DNA from: Dysgonamonadaceae bacterium
Lineage (GTDB): Bacteria > Bacteroidota > Bacteroidia > Bacteroidales > Azobacteroidaceae
Length of the DNA: 64,000 bases
Assembly: GCA_031272075.1 (NCBI GenBank)
Contig: JAISUK010000065.1
Span: 7,420 to 71,419, forward strand
Direction of reading: 5' to 3'
Position numbers and translations under genes: made by a program. Below are positions 38,174 to 46,934 of this stretch, piece by piece. How positions within the stretch are numbered: position 1 is the stretch's first letter; each line of letters starts with the position of its first letter. Under the pieces are notes generated by a model, which was not told the origin of the DNA, made no database searches, and saw only the letters and a program-made list of their open reading frames with translations.

Positions 38174-40345
38174 TTATTCCGCGTTCCCTTCCATTTTTTC
38201 TTTCAAAGCAGCCAATTCTTCAATATCGCCGAGCGTGGTCTTTTCCATGACCGGCTGAATGATTTGGACTTCTTCTTCTTTTTTCTCTTTCCTGGATTTG
38301 CGGGAAGATTTCTTTTCGGTACCTTCTTTCTTTGCTTCAGCGCGTTGTTCGTCTTCAAAGATGCGGCTGTGTGAAAGAATGATCCGTTTGGAATCTTTGT
38401 TAAATTCAATCACCTTGAAGTCTAATTTTTCTTCCAATTGTGCGGAAGAACCATCTTCTTTCACCAAATGCTTGGGCGTTGAAAAACCTTCTACGCCGTA
38501 GGGCAATGAAATGACCGCCCCTTTGTCCAACAATTCGATGATGGTGCCTTCATGAACCGAACCGACAGTGAAAATCGTTTCAAACACATCCCAGGGATTT
38601 TCTTCCAACTGCTTGTGACCTAAGCTGAGACGTCGATTTTCCTTGTCTATCTCCAGTACCTGAACTTCAATGTCCGCACCGATGGAAGTAAATTCGCTCG
38701 GATGTTTGATTTTCTTTGTCCAGGACAGATCTGAGATGTGAATCAATCCTTCTACGCCTTCTTCAATTTCGACAAACACACCAAAATTGGTGAAATTACG
38801 TACTTTGGCCAAGTGCTTGGTGCCAACGGCATATTTATCTTCGACATTTTCCCATGGGTCGGGTTTCAATTGCTTGATTCCCAACGACATTTTTCGTTCG
38901 TCACGATCCAGGGTCAGAATGACGGCTTCTACTTCGTCACCCACTTTCATGAAATCCTGAGCGCTCTTGAGATGTTGTGTCCAACTCATTTCCGAGACAT
39001 GAATCAGTCCTTCCACGCCTTGCGATATTTCGATGAACGCGCCGTAATCGGCCATCACCACAACTTTGCCTGTGACTTTGTCGCCAACTTTGAGATCCAA
39101 ATCCAGGGCATCCCACGGGTGTGGCGTCAATTGTTTCAATCCCAGTGCAATTCGTTTCTTTTCGTCGTCGAAATCAAGGATAACAACATTGATTTTATCG
39201 TCTAATTGCACCACTTCTTCAGGATGCGATACCCGTCCCCAGGAAAGATCGGTGATATGAATCAATCCGTCTACGCCGCCCAGGTCGATAAATACCCCGT
39301 ATGAAGTAATATTTTTGACAATCCCTTCCAATACCTGGCCTTTTTCCAGTTTGGAGATAATATCTTTCTTTTGTTGCTCCAATTCGGCTTCAATAAGCGC
39401 TTTGTGAGAAACGACGACATTTTTAAATTCTTGGTTGATTTTGACAACCTTAAATTCCATCGTTTTATCTACAAATACATCATAATCCCGAATCGGCTTA
39501 ACATCGATCTGAGAACCGGGCAGAAAGGCTTCTATGCCAAACACGTCTACAATCATACCGCCTTTGGTGCGGCATTTAATGAGACCTTTGATGATTTCAT
39601 TATTTTCAAGTGCTTCATTGACACGATCCCACGAACGTGAGGCGCGCGCTTTTCTGTGAGAAAGGTTCAACTGTCCCTTTTTGTCCTCCTGGCTTTCGAC
39701 GTAGACTTCCACTTCGTCGCCTACTTTCAGGTCGGGATTGTAGCGAAATTCATTCATCGAAACGACGCCGTCGGATTTATAGCCGATATTGATGACAACT
39801 TCGCGTTTGTTTAATGACGTCACTTTGCCGATAACAACTTCGTGGTCATTGACTTTCTTGAGAGACTGATCGTACGTTTGTATCAGGTCTTCGCGACTGA
39901 CATTGCCATACGTCTCTCCCTTTTCATAAATATCCCAATCAAATTCGGCAGGCGAAGCTGACTTCGTTATTGTTTTCGCTTTTGTTTCAACAACTTCCGG
40001 TTCAACAGGGATTGCTTCTGCTTCCGGCTCCTCTACAGGGATGGGAGCTTCTTTTTCTTCGGCAACGACAGGCGCTTCCGGCGCTTCGGCCGTTACTTCT
40101 TCTTCCGAAACAACAGGCGTTTCCGTTTCTTCGGGCGTTTCAAGTGCTTCAGGTGTTACTTTTTCTTCCGCGGGCGCTTCAGCAAGCACTTCGGTAGCGG
40201 GATTTTCCTCGATTTTTTCGATTCTTTCTTGTTCTTCCGCGATAATGGGCGTTACCGCAGTTTCCAGTTCTACTGCCGACGTTTCGACAGTCGAAGCAGT
40301 GTCCGGACTTTCCACTACTTCTTCTTTCTTAAGTTCTTCACTCAT
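38174..40345 (-). CDS. rpsA: 30S ribosomal protein S1 with long acidic N-terminal extension
   Basis: Repeated S1 domains (YGVFIDLGGVDGLIHITDLSW, etc.); the core starts near EFDWD after ~130 Glu/Ala/Pro-rich residues. Confidence 0.97.
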   Translation of the reverse strand: MSEELKKEEVVESPDTASTVETSAVELETAVTPIIAEEQERIEKIEENPATEVLAEAPAEEKVTPEALETPEETETPVVSEEEVTAEAPEAPVVAEEKEAPIPVEEPEAEAIPVEPEVVETKAKTITKSASPAEFDWDIYEKGETYGNVSREDLIQTYDQSLKKVNDHEVVIGKVTSLNKREVVINIGYKSDGVVSMNEFRYNPDLKVGDEVEVYVESQEDKKGQLNLSHRKARASRSWDRVNEALENNEIIKGLIKCRTKGGMIVDVFGIEAFLPGSQIDVKPIRDYDVFVDKTMEFKVVKINQEFKNVVVSHKALIEAELEQQKKDIISKLEKGQVLEGIVKNITSYGVFIDLGGVDGLIHITDLSWGRVSHPEEVVQLDDKINVVILDFDDEKKRIALGLKQLTPHPWDALDLDLKVGDKVTGKVVVMADYGAFIEISQGVEGLIHVSEMSWTQHLKSAQDFMKVGDEVEAVILTLDRDERKMSLGIKQLKPDPWENVEDKYAVGTKHLAKVRNFTNFGVFVEIEEGVEGLIHISDLSWTKKIKHPSEFTSIGADIEVQVLEIDKENRRLSLGHKQLEENPWDVFETIFTVGSVHEGTIIELLDKGAVISLPYGVEGFSTPKHLVKEDGSSAQLEEKLDFKVIEFNKDSKRIILSHSRIFEDEQRAEAKKEGTEKKSSRKSRKEKKEEEVQIIQPVMEKTTLGDIEELAALKEKMEGNAE

Positions 40346-40570
40346 GATGGGTTAGTAATAATTTTTCTTTTTTAATTAATAAGTTAGACATTATTTTTTA
40401 ATGAAAACGGTTGCAAAGTTAATGGTTATTTTCTGATTATCAATAGCCTCCAACAAAATTTTTTTCGACTGGCAGATATTTTTTTGCAATCTCTCTTTTC
40501 TCTGACAGAAAAAGAATATCTTTGCACTTCATTTCAAAATCAAAATTCAGGGTTGCCCCAGGCTAAAAAA

Positions 40571-41191
40571 ATGGAACTTATTCAGCATTATTTTCCGAAC
40601 ATTACGGAGAAACAATTCGGACAATTTGCCGCTCTTTACGAACTGTACCTGGATTGGAATCTCAAAATCAATTTAATTTCGCGAAAAGACGTCGGGAATC
40701 TCTACGAGCACCATGTGTTACATTCGTTGGGCATCACCGCTGTTCTCCGTTTCAAAGACGATACGCGCGTAATGGATGTAGGCACAGGAGGTGGCTTCCC
40801 GGGGATCCCGTTGGCAATTTATTTCCCGAAAGTCCAATTCTTGCTGATCGATAGCGTGGGCAAAAAGCTGCGTGCTGCGGAAGATATTGCCGCCAAAATA
40901 AATCTGGAAAACGTTCGTTTCAAACATTGCCGAGTGGAAGAAGTACACGAGAAAATCGATTTTGCCGTCAGCAGAGCCGTCATGCCATTGCCGAATTTAG
41001 TCGCAGTAACGGCCAAAAATATCAGTCATGAGCAACGAAACGGACTGCCCAATGGCTTTATCTGTTTCAAAGGAGGAGATCTCCAGGCCGAAATCCGCCA
41101 ATACCGTAAAAAGGCGATTGTTTACGACTTGGGCGAATATTTCAAAGAAGACTTTTTCAAAACAAAAAAAATAATTTACTTGCCGAATTAA
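40571..41191 (+). CDS. rsmG: 16S rRNA m7G527 methyltransferase
   Basis: HVLHSL, DVGTGGGFPGIPLAI, SRAV; ATG at 40571 preferred over the TTG at 40484. Confidence 0.95.
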   Translation: MELIQHYFPNITEKQFGQFAALYELYLDWNLKINLISRKDVGNLYEHHVLHSLGITAVLRFKDDTRVMDVGTGGGFPGIPLAIYFPKVQFLLIDSVGKKLRAAEDIAAKINLENVRFKHCRVEEVHEKIDFAVSRAVMPLPNLVAVTAKNISHEQRNGLPNGFICFKGGDLQAEIRQYRKKAIVYDLGEYFKEDFFKTKKIIYLPN

Positions 41192-41206
41192 AAAAGAGGA
41201 AGCAAT

Positions 41207-41845
41207 ATGATGCAAATACAGCGATTTGAATTTAATCAGATAGAAGAAAACACTTATGTCATTTATGATGAGACAAATGACGCGGCCATCATTGACTGCG
41301 GCGCATTTTTTAGCGAAGAACAAGCGCGGTTACAACAATTTATTTCCGGTCATCAATTATCTTTGAAACAGTTGTTAAACACCCACCTTCACGCGGATCA
41401 TATTTTTGGGAATCAGTTTATTTATGATACTTACGGGATTCTTTCGGCGTATCATCAACTGGAAGATTCGATCCCGCCATTGAAAGAACAATCCAAATAT
41501 TTTAATCTCGATATCATGGAAGAAAAACTCCCGGCAGCCTATTATATCGATGAAGGAGACCTCATTTCCATTGGGAATATGCGACTGAAAGCCCTGTTGA
41601 TTCCGGGACATTCGCCGGGCAGCCTTTGCTTCTATTCCGAAGCGGATCATTGCGTGTTTACGGGCGATGTCCTGTTTGAGGAAAGCATCGGTCGTTCCGA
41701 CCTTTGGGGAGGCAATTATCCGCGACTGGTGGCCGGAATCAAAGAAAAATTACTGACGTTGCCCGACAATACGGTGGTCTATCCGGGACATGGGCCTGCA
41801 ACCACCATTCAACATGAAAAATTATATAATCCTTATTTAAAATAA
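41207..41845 (+). CDS. Metallo-beta-lactamase-fold hydrolase (glyoxalase II-like)
   Basis: THLHADH, PGHSPGS, FTGDVLF, YPGHGP. Confidence 0.92.
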   Translation: MMQIQRFEFNQIEENTYVIYDETNDAAIIDCGAFFSEEQARLQQFISGHQLSLKQLLNTHLHADHIFGNQFIYDTYGILSAYHQLEDSIPPLKEQSKYFNLDIMEEKLPAAYYIDEGDLISIGNMRLKALLIPGHSPGSLCFYSEADHCVFTGDVLFEESIGRSDLWGGNYPRLVAGIKEKLLTLPDNTVVYPGHGPATTIQHEKLYNPYLK

Positions 41846-44713
41846 ATGATCAACAATAACTTTATGGAACCCGATCTGTTTGTCAACAGACATGTAGGAG
41901 TGAATACGAATGATTTGCAGAAAATGTTGCAAAAACTCCATGTGACCGGCTTGCAACAATTGATTGAAGAGACAATCCCGGAAAACATCCGTCTGAACGA
42001 AGACCTCAATTTGCCGGATGCGATGTCAGAACGCGAATATGCTGAGCACATCGCCGAACTTGCCTCCAAAAACGAGATTTTTACTTCGTATATCGGCTTG
42101 GGATGGTACGATACCGTATCGCCGACGCCCATCCTGCGCAATGTGTTTGAAAACCCCTGTTGGTATACTTCCTATACTCCCTACCAGGCTGAAATTTCAC
42201 AAGGGCGACTGGAGGCTTTATTGAACTTCCAGACCATGATCAGCGATTTAACGGGACTGCCGCTTTCCAATTGTTCGTTGCTGGATGAAGCGACAGCTGC
42301 CGCCGAAGCCGCCAATATGCTCTTTCGGTCTCGCACGCGCGAGCAAATAAAAGCTGAAACGAACTGCCTTTTCGTCGATGAAAAAGTTTTCGATTCGACG
42401 TATGCCGTGCTGCAAACCCGCGCCATCCCGCAAGGCATCCGCTTGGTGAAAGGAAACTACCGGACGGCCATGCTCACCGGCGACATGTTCGGGGCTATTG
42501 TTCAATTCCCCGATTCCGACGGGTCGATAGAAGATTACAAAACATTTATTTCCAAAGCAAACGGCGCAGGAATCAAAGTGGCTGTCGCTGCCGACATCCT
42601 GAGCCTGATATTGTTCTCTCCTCCCGGTGAATGGGGCGCCGAAATTGTTTTCGGTAGCGCCCAGCGGATGGGAATCCCGATGTATTATGGCGGACCGTCG
42701 GCAGGCTATTTGGCGGCCAAAGACGAGTATAAACGGATTATCCCCGGACGCATCATCGGCATTTCCAAAGATGCTAACGGCCACCGTGCGTTGCGGATGG
42801 CGCTGCAAACCCGTGAGCAACACATCAAGCGCGAAAAAGCGACTTCCAACATCTGCACAGCTCAAGCACTGCTGGCTTCAATGGCAGGATTTTATGCCGT
42901 TTATCACGGTCCGGAAGGCCTTCGGAAGATAGCGAATCGAATCCATGCCATGGCGGGATTCCTGGCTTCGGAACTGACGGCAATGGGCTATTCGCAGCTG
43001 AATGAAAATTATTTCGACACCTTGAAGATCCGCTTGCCCGAAGACGTTTCCGTTGATTTGTTGACCGAAACCGCCCTGGCTTGTAAGGTGAATCTCCGCT
43101 ATTTCGATACAGGAGAAATAGGAATCAGCCTCGACGAAACAACGTTGCCGGACGACCTCGGTGTATTGTTATACATCTTTTCAACTGCCAAAAAGACCGA
43201 ATATTTATTGAACAAAAATATCCCTGCCAAACGGTATTTTAATGAAAAATTCATCCGTCATTCTTCATTCCTGTCACACGAAGTGTTCAACAGCTATCAT
43301 ACGGAAACCGAACTGATGCGCTACATCAAAATGCTCGAACGCCGCGATATCTCATTGACACATTCGATGATTTCTTTGGGATCCTGCACAATGAAACTGA
43401 ATGCGGCTTCCGAAATGCTTCCGCTGAATTATCCCGGATTCGCAAACATCCATCCTTATGCGCCAGAAGACCAAACGGAAGGATATCGGGAATTGATCCG
43501 AAACCTGACGGACTATCTGTGCGCCATTACCGGATTTTCAGGGGTCAGTTTTCAGCCTAACTCCGGCGCAGCAGGCGAATATGCGGGATTGCGGGTAATC
43601 CGTTCTTATCAGGAATCGATCGGGCAAGGACACCGCAATCTGGTTTTAATTCCCGCTTCCGCACATGGGACAAATCCGGCAAGCGCAATCCAGGCGGGCT
43701 ATGACACCGTCACTGTGGCCTGCGATGCGTTCGGAAATACAGACATCCAAGATCTGAAAGCAAAAGCCGAACAACACAAGGACGCACTCGCGGCATTCAT
43801 GATTACCTATCCATCTACGCACGGGATTTTTGAAACCGACATCGTTGAGATGTGCCGGATCATCCACGACAATGGCGGACAGGTCTACATGGATGGCGCC
43901 AATATGAACGCACAAGTGGGATTGACCAATCCGGGAATGATCGGCGCCGACGTCTGTCACCTGAATTTGCATAAAACCTTTGCCATTCCACATGGCGGAG
44001 GAGGTCCGGGCGAAGGCCCGATCTGCGTTGCCCACCACCTGATTCCGTTTTTGCCGTCGCATCCCGTTACGGAGGGATCTTGTCTAAATACCGTGGCGGC
44101 TTCTCCCTACGGAAGCGCAGGCATTTTGCCGATAACCTACGGCTACATCCGGATGATGGGAGCCGAAGGACTTGTTTACGCTACGCAAATCGCCATCCTG
44201 AACGCCAACTACCTGGCAGCGTGCCTGGCAGATAAATATGGGATTGTGTTCAAAAACAAGAGTGGAAGGGTCGGCCATGAATTGATACTCGAATGCAGGA
44301 ATCTGAAAGATTATTCCGGCATTACCGAGACGGATATTGCCAAACGGCTGATCGACTACGGATTCCATGCGCCCACACTCTCGTTCCCGGTTCACGGAAC
44401 GTTGATGATAGAGCCGACGGAAAGCGAAAGCCTGCGGGAATTGGATCGTTTTGTCCAAGCCATGTCGGCTATCCGCGAAGAAATCGAAGAAGTCGCGTTG
44501 GGAAAAGCCGACAAGTCGGACAATGTGCTCATCAACGCCCCACACCCGGAATACGCTGTTTGTGCAGACGAATGGGAGCATGCTTATTCGCGCAACAAAG
44601 CAGCATTCCCCCTGGATTGGCTGAAGGAAAATAAATTCTGGGTGAAGGTCGCACGTGTTGACGATGCCTTCGGCGACCGAAATCTGGTGGCCGTCCAATG
44701 TAATTGCGACTGA
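41846..44713 (+). CDS. gcvP: Glycine dehydrogenase (glycine cleavage P protein)
   Basis: YTPYQAEISQGRLE, REQHIKREKATSNICTAQ, HLNLHKTFAIPHGGGGPG. Confidence 0.98.
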   Translation: MINNNFMEPDLFVNRHVGVNTNDLQKMLQKLHVTGLQQLIEETIPENIRLNEDLNLPDAMSEREYAEHIAELASKNEIFTSYIGLGWYDTVSPTPILRNVFENPCWYTSYTPYQAEISQGRLEALLNFQTMISDLTGLPLSNCSLLDEATAAAEAANMLFRSRTREQIKAETNCLFVDEKVFDSTYAVLQTRAIPQGIRLVKGNYRTAMLTGDMFGAIVQFPDSDGSIEDYKTFISKANGAGIKVAVAADILSLILFSPPGEWGAEIVFGSAQRMGIPMYYGGPSAGYLAAKDEYKRIIPGRIIGISKDANGHRALRMALQTREQHIKREKATSNICTAQALLASMAGFYAVYHGPEGLRKIANRIHAMAGFLASELTAMGYSQLNENYFDTLKIRLPEDVSVDLLTETALACKVNLRYFDTGEIGISLDETTLPDDLGVLLYIFSTAKKTEYLLNKNIPAKRYFNEKFIRHSSFLSHEVFNSYHTETELMRYIKMLERRDISLTHSMISLGSCTMKLNAASEMLPLNYPGFANIHPYAPEDQTEGYRELIRNLTDYLCAITGFSGVSFQPNSGAAGEYAGLRVIRSYQESIGQGHRNLVLIPASAHGTNPASAIQAGYDTVTVACDAFGNTDIQDLKAKAEQHKDALAAFMITYPSTHGIFETDIVEMCRIIHDNGGQVYMDGANMNAQVGLTNPGMIGADVCHLNLHKTFAIPHGGGGPGEGPICVAHHLIPFLPSHPVTEGSCLNTVAASPYGSAGILPITYGYIRMMGAEGLVYATQIAILNANYLAACLADKYGIVFKNKSGRVGHELILECRNLKDYSGITETDIAKRLIDYGFHAPTLSFPVHGTLMIEPTESESLRELDRFVQAMSAIREEIEEVALGKADKSDNVLINAPHPEYAVCADEWEHAYSRNKAAFPLDWLKENKFWVKVARVDDAFGDRNLVAVQCNCD

Positions 44714-44801
44714 TGACAAAACAATTTTCCGTTTTCGGTTGTTATATTTATTCTCTTAAAACAATTAATATTGATGTTTAACGCTATAAAAATTAAAAAT
44801 T

Positions 44802-45290
44802 ATGTCGAATGTTAAAATGGAAACTGCATTAAATAAACAAGTTAATGCAGAATTGTGGTCTGCCTATTTGTATCTCTCAATGTCGTACGACATGAGCAAC
44901 AAAGGATTCAACGGAATCGCTTCCTGGTTTGCAAAACAAGCAAAAGAAGAATTTGAACACGCTACGAAATTCATGAAATTTATTGAAGATACGGACGGAA
45001 AAGTAAAATTATCCCCCATCGAAGAAGTGCGTCAGGAATGGAACTCCCCGAAAGATGCTTTCGAAGATACCTTGTTGCACGAAAAGAAAGTCACTTCCCT
45101 GATCCACGGATTGATGGACCTGGCCATAGAATTGAAAGATTATGCTGCTCAAAATCTGCTGTCATGGTTTGTCGACGAGCAGGTGGAAGAAGAAAATACG
45201 GCGCGGGGTTACCTGGCTGCATTGGAAAAAATAGAAAAAGATCCGGCAGCGCTCTATTTGTTTGACAAAAAACTGGGAAAACGCGATTAG
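44802..45290 (+). CDS. ftnA: Non-heme ferritin
   Basis: NAELWSAYLYLSM, EEFEHA, HEKKVT, WFVDEQVEEE ferroxidase motifs. Confidence 0.93.
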   Translation: MSNVKMETALNKQVNAELWSAYLYLSMSYDMSNKGFNGIASWFAKQAKEEFEHATKFMKFIEDTDGKVKLSPIEEVRQEWNSPKDAFEDTLLHEKKVTSLIHGLMDLAIELKDYAAQNLLSWFVDEQVEEENTARGYLAALEKIEKDPAALYLFDKKLGKRD

Positions 45291-45335
45291 TTTTCTGAGT
45301 TTTCTTCTATTCACCTTAATCTGGAGGGTTGTCTT

Positions 45336-46487
45336 TTGAAGACAGCGCATTTTTTTCTTTTGCTCGTGCTGGCGGGACTTGCCGCCTGCATTGGGCAGCC
45401 TATCGACGAAGCCGTTTCCGGGATGTATCATCGTGCCTGGGGATCCGTCTATTATACCCCTAAATCCGGAACGCTGATAGTAAACGGAAATAAAATAAAA
45501 GGGGCGGATGCAAAAACATTCACCCCGCTCGCCGAAACGGTGGGAGCGGACAAACATACGGTCTATTTCAGAATTTTTCCGCAGCCGCAAGTCGACCGAG
45601 CTACTTTTCGCGTCCTGGAAGACGGTACCATGCGCGATAAAGATCATATTTATATTCCTTCCTTCTCCGACGGCGATGAAAGTAAACTGAAACCCTTATA
45701 CAATGTCGACACGGATACTTATGGGAGTTTTAAGGGTCATGCGGGGTGGGGGTATGATAAAAATCAGGTGTATTGTCGCTACAGTACGCCTGTAGATGTC
45801 GATCGCGAAACATTTGTTTTTCTTTCCGACAACTACATGAAAGACAAAAATTATGTCTATGCAGTAAGTTTCGACGGATTGAAAAAGAGGCAAATGAATA
45901 CGGATTCCATTCAGGCAGTATCAGCGCTGTATCTTCGCGACAATCGCCGGGTCTATTATTTCGATGTCGCTTCAGGCGACTTCCTGGAGATTCCGTTCGA
46001 TGCCCCGAAGTCGGTGCAGCCGCTCGCCGGCCCGTATATCATTGTCGATGGGCAGGTCTATTCCAACGGCAAATTGCTGAACGGTGGCGAGGCAGATGCC
46101 TCGACATTCACTTGCCTGGATGCGTATTACAGCCGTGACGACAAGCATGTCTTTTACGACAATGCGGCAATTCCCAACGCCGATGCCGCCGGTTTTGAAG
46201 CGCTACAGGAAGGCATGGCCAAGGACACGCATTCTGTATATTATATGGGTCGCAAACTTGCCGGAGTGGATCCCGGCTCCCTCCGTATTGTGAATCCGCT
46301 GTATTTTGCCGATCGAAATCATGTCTATTTTATTCGTTCCAGACCTGAAAATGCTGATTTTTTCTTTGTCGTCGAAAATGCCGATCCGGCTTCCTTTGCC
46401 TGTAACCCCAACAAAGGGTTTGCTTTTGGTTACGACAAGAAAAACGAATACTACAACGGCATGACTGTCGTTTCCTCTTCCTGGTAA
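45336..46487 (+). CDS. DKNYY-repeat family lipoprotein
   Basis: Repeated DKN/DKD/DRN-x-VY motifs and ADAxTF repeats; LAAC lipobox; TTG start. Confidence 0.8.
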   Translation: MKTAHFFLLLVLAGLAACIGQPIDEAVSGMYHRAWGSVYYTPKSGTLIVNGNKIKGADAKTFTPLAETVGADKHTVYFRIFPQPQVDRATFRVLEDGTMRDKDHIYIPSFSDGDESKLKPLYNVDTDTYGSFKGHAGWGYDKNQVYCRYSTPVDVDRETFVFLSDNYMKDKNYVYAVSFDGLKKRQMNTDSIQAVSALYLRDNRRVYYFDVASGDFLEIPFDAPKSVQPLAGPYIIVDGQVYSNGKLLNGGEADASTFTCLDAYYSRDDKHVFYDNAAIPNADAAGFEALQEGMAKDTHSVYYMGRKLAGVDPGSLRIVNPLYFADRNHVYFIRSRPENADFFFVVENADPASFACNPNKGFAFGYDKKNEYYNGMTVVSSSW

Positions 46488-46573
46488 AAACGCTTGCAAT
46501 CCATATAGCCAAAATTGGCTATTGACAGGTATTATTCCATCCGTTAATTTTGTGGCGTAAATAGAATTAATGT

Positions 46574-46696
46574 ATGAATCATCAAGATTTTATCCTTTCG
46601 GATGACTTCAAGCGCGGCTTGAATGAAATTTGCAGCATCGCTTCCGGATGCAGCAGACCGGCTGTCGCACAGTCTCCTGCCGACTGGTGGGGGTAA
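46574..46696 (+). CDS. Candidate 40-aa small ORF (below ORF-track cutoff)
   Basis: MNHQDFILSDDFKRGLNEICSIASGCSRPAVAQSPADWWG; TAATTTTG -7 element at 46545-46552. Confidence 0.25.
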   Translation: MNHQDFILSDDFKRGLNEICSIASGCSRPAVAQSPADWWG

Positions 46697-46785
46697 TTGG
46701 CATACTGTCTGATGGTTATAATTTAACAATCGGGTTATATACGTGTAGCCGTGTGGGAATCAGTTCCTGCACGTCGCACAAAGAT

Positions 46786-46818
46786 AAACCTAACAGGTCT
46801 TGGAGACCTGTTAGGTTT
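46786..46818. repeat. REP-like perfect palindrome
   Basis: AAACCTAACAGGTCT-TGG-AGACCTGTTAGGTTT (15-bp stem); partial echo ACAGTTAGGTTT just downstream. Confidence 0.65.
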
Positions 46819-46934
46819 TGAAGGAGGACAGTTAGGTTTTTTCTATGCCGAGTCGCGAGAATTTGTGAAAATATAAAAAAAGCATTACTTTCGTTCCCTG
46901 AAAAAACGAGTATATCACTAAAAAATACCCTGAT

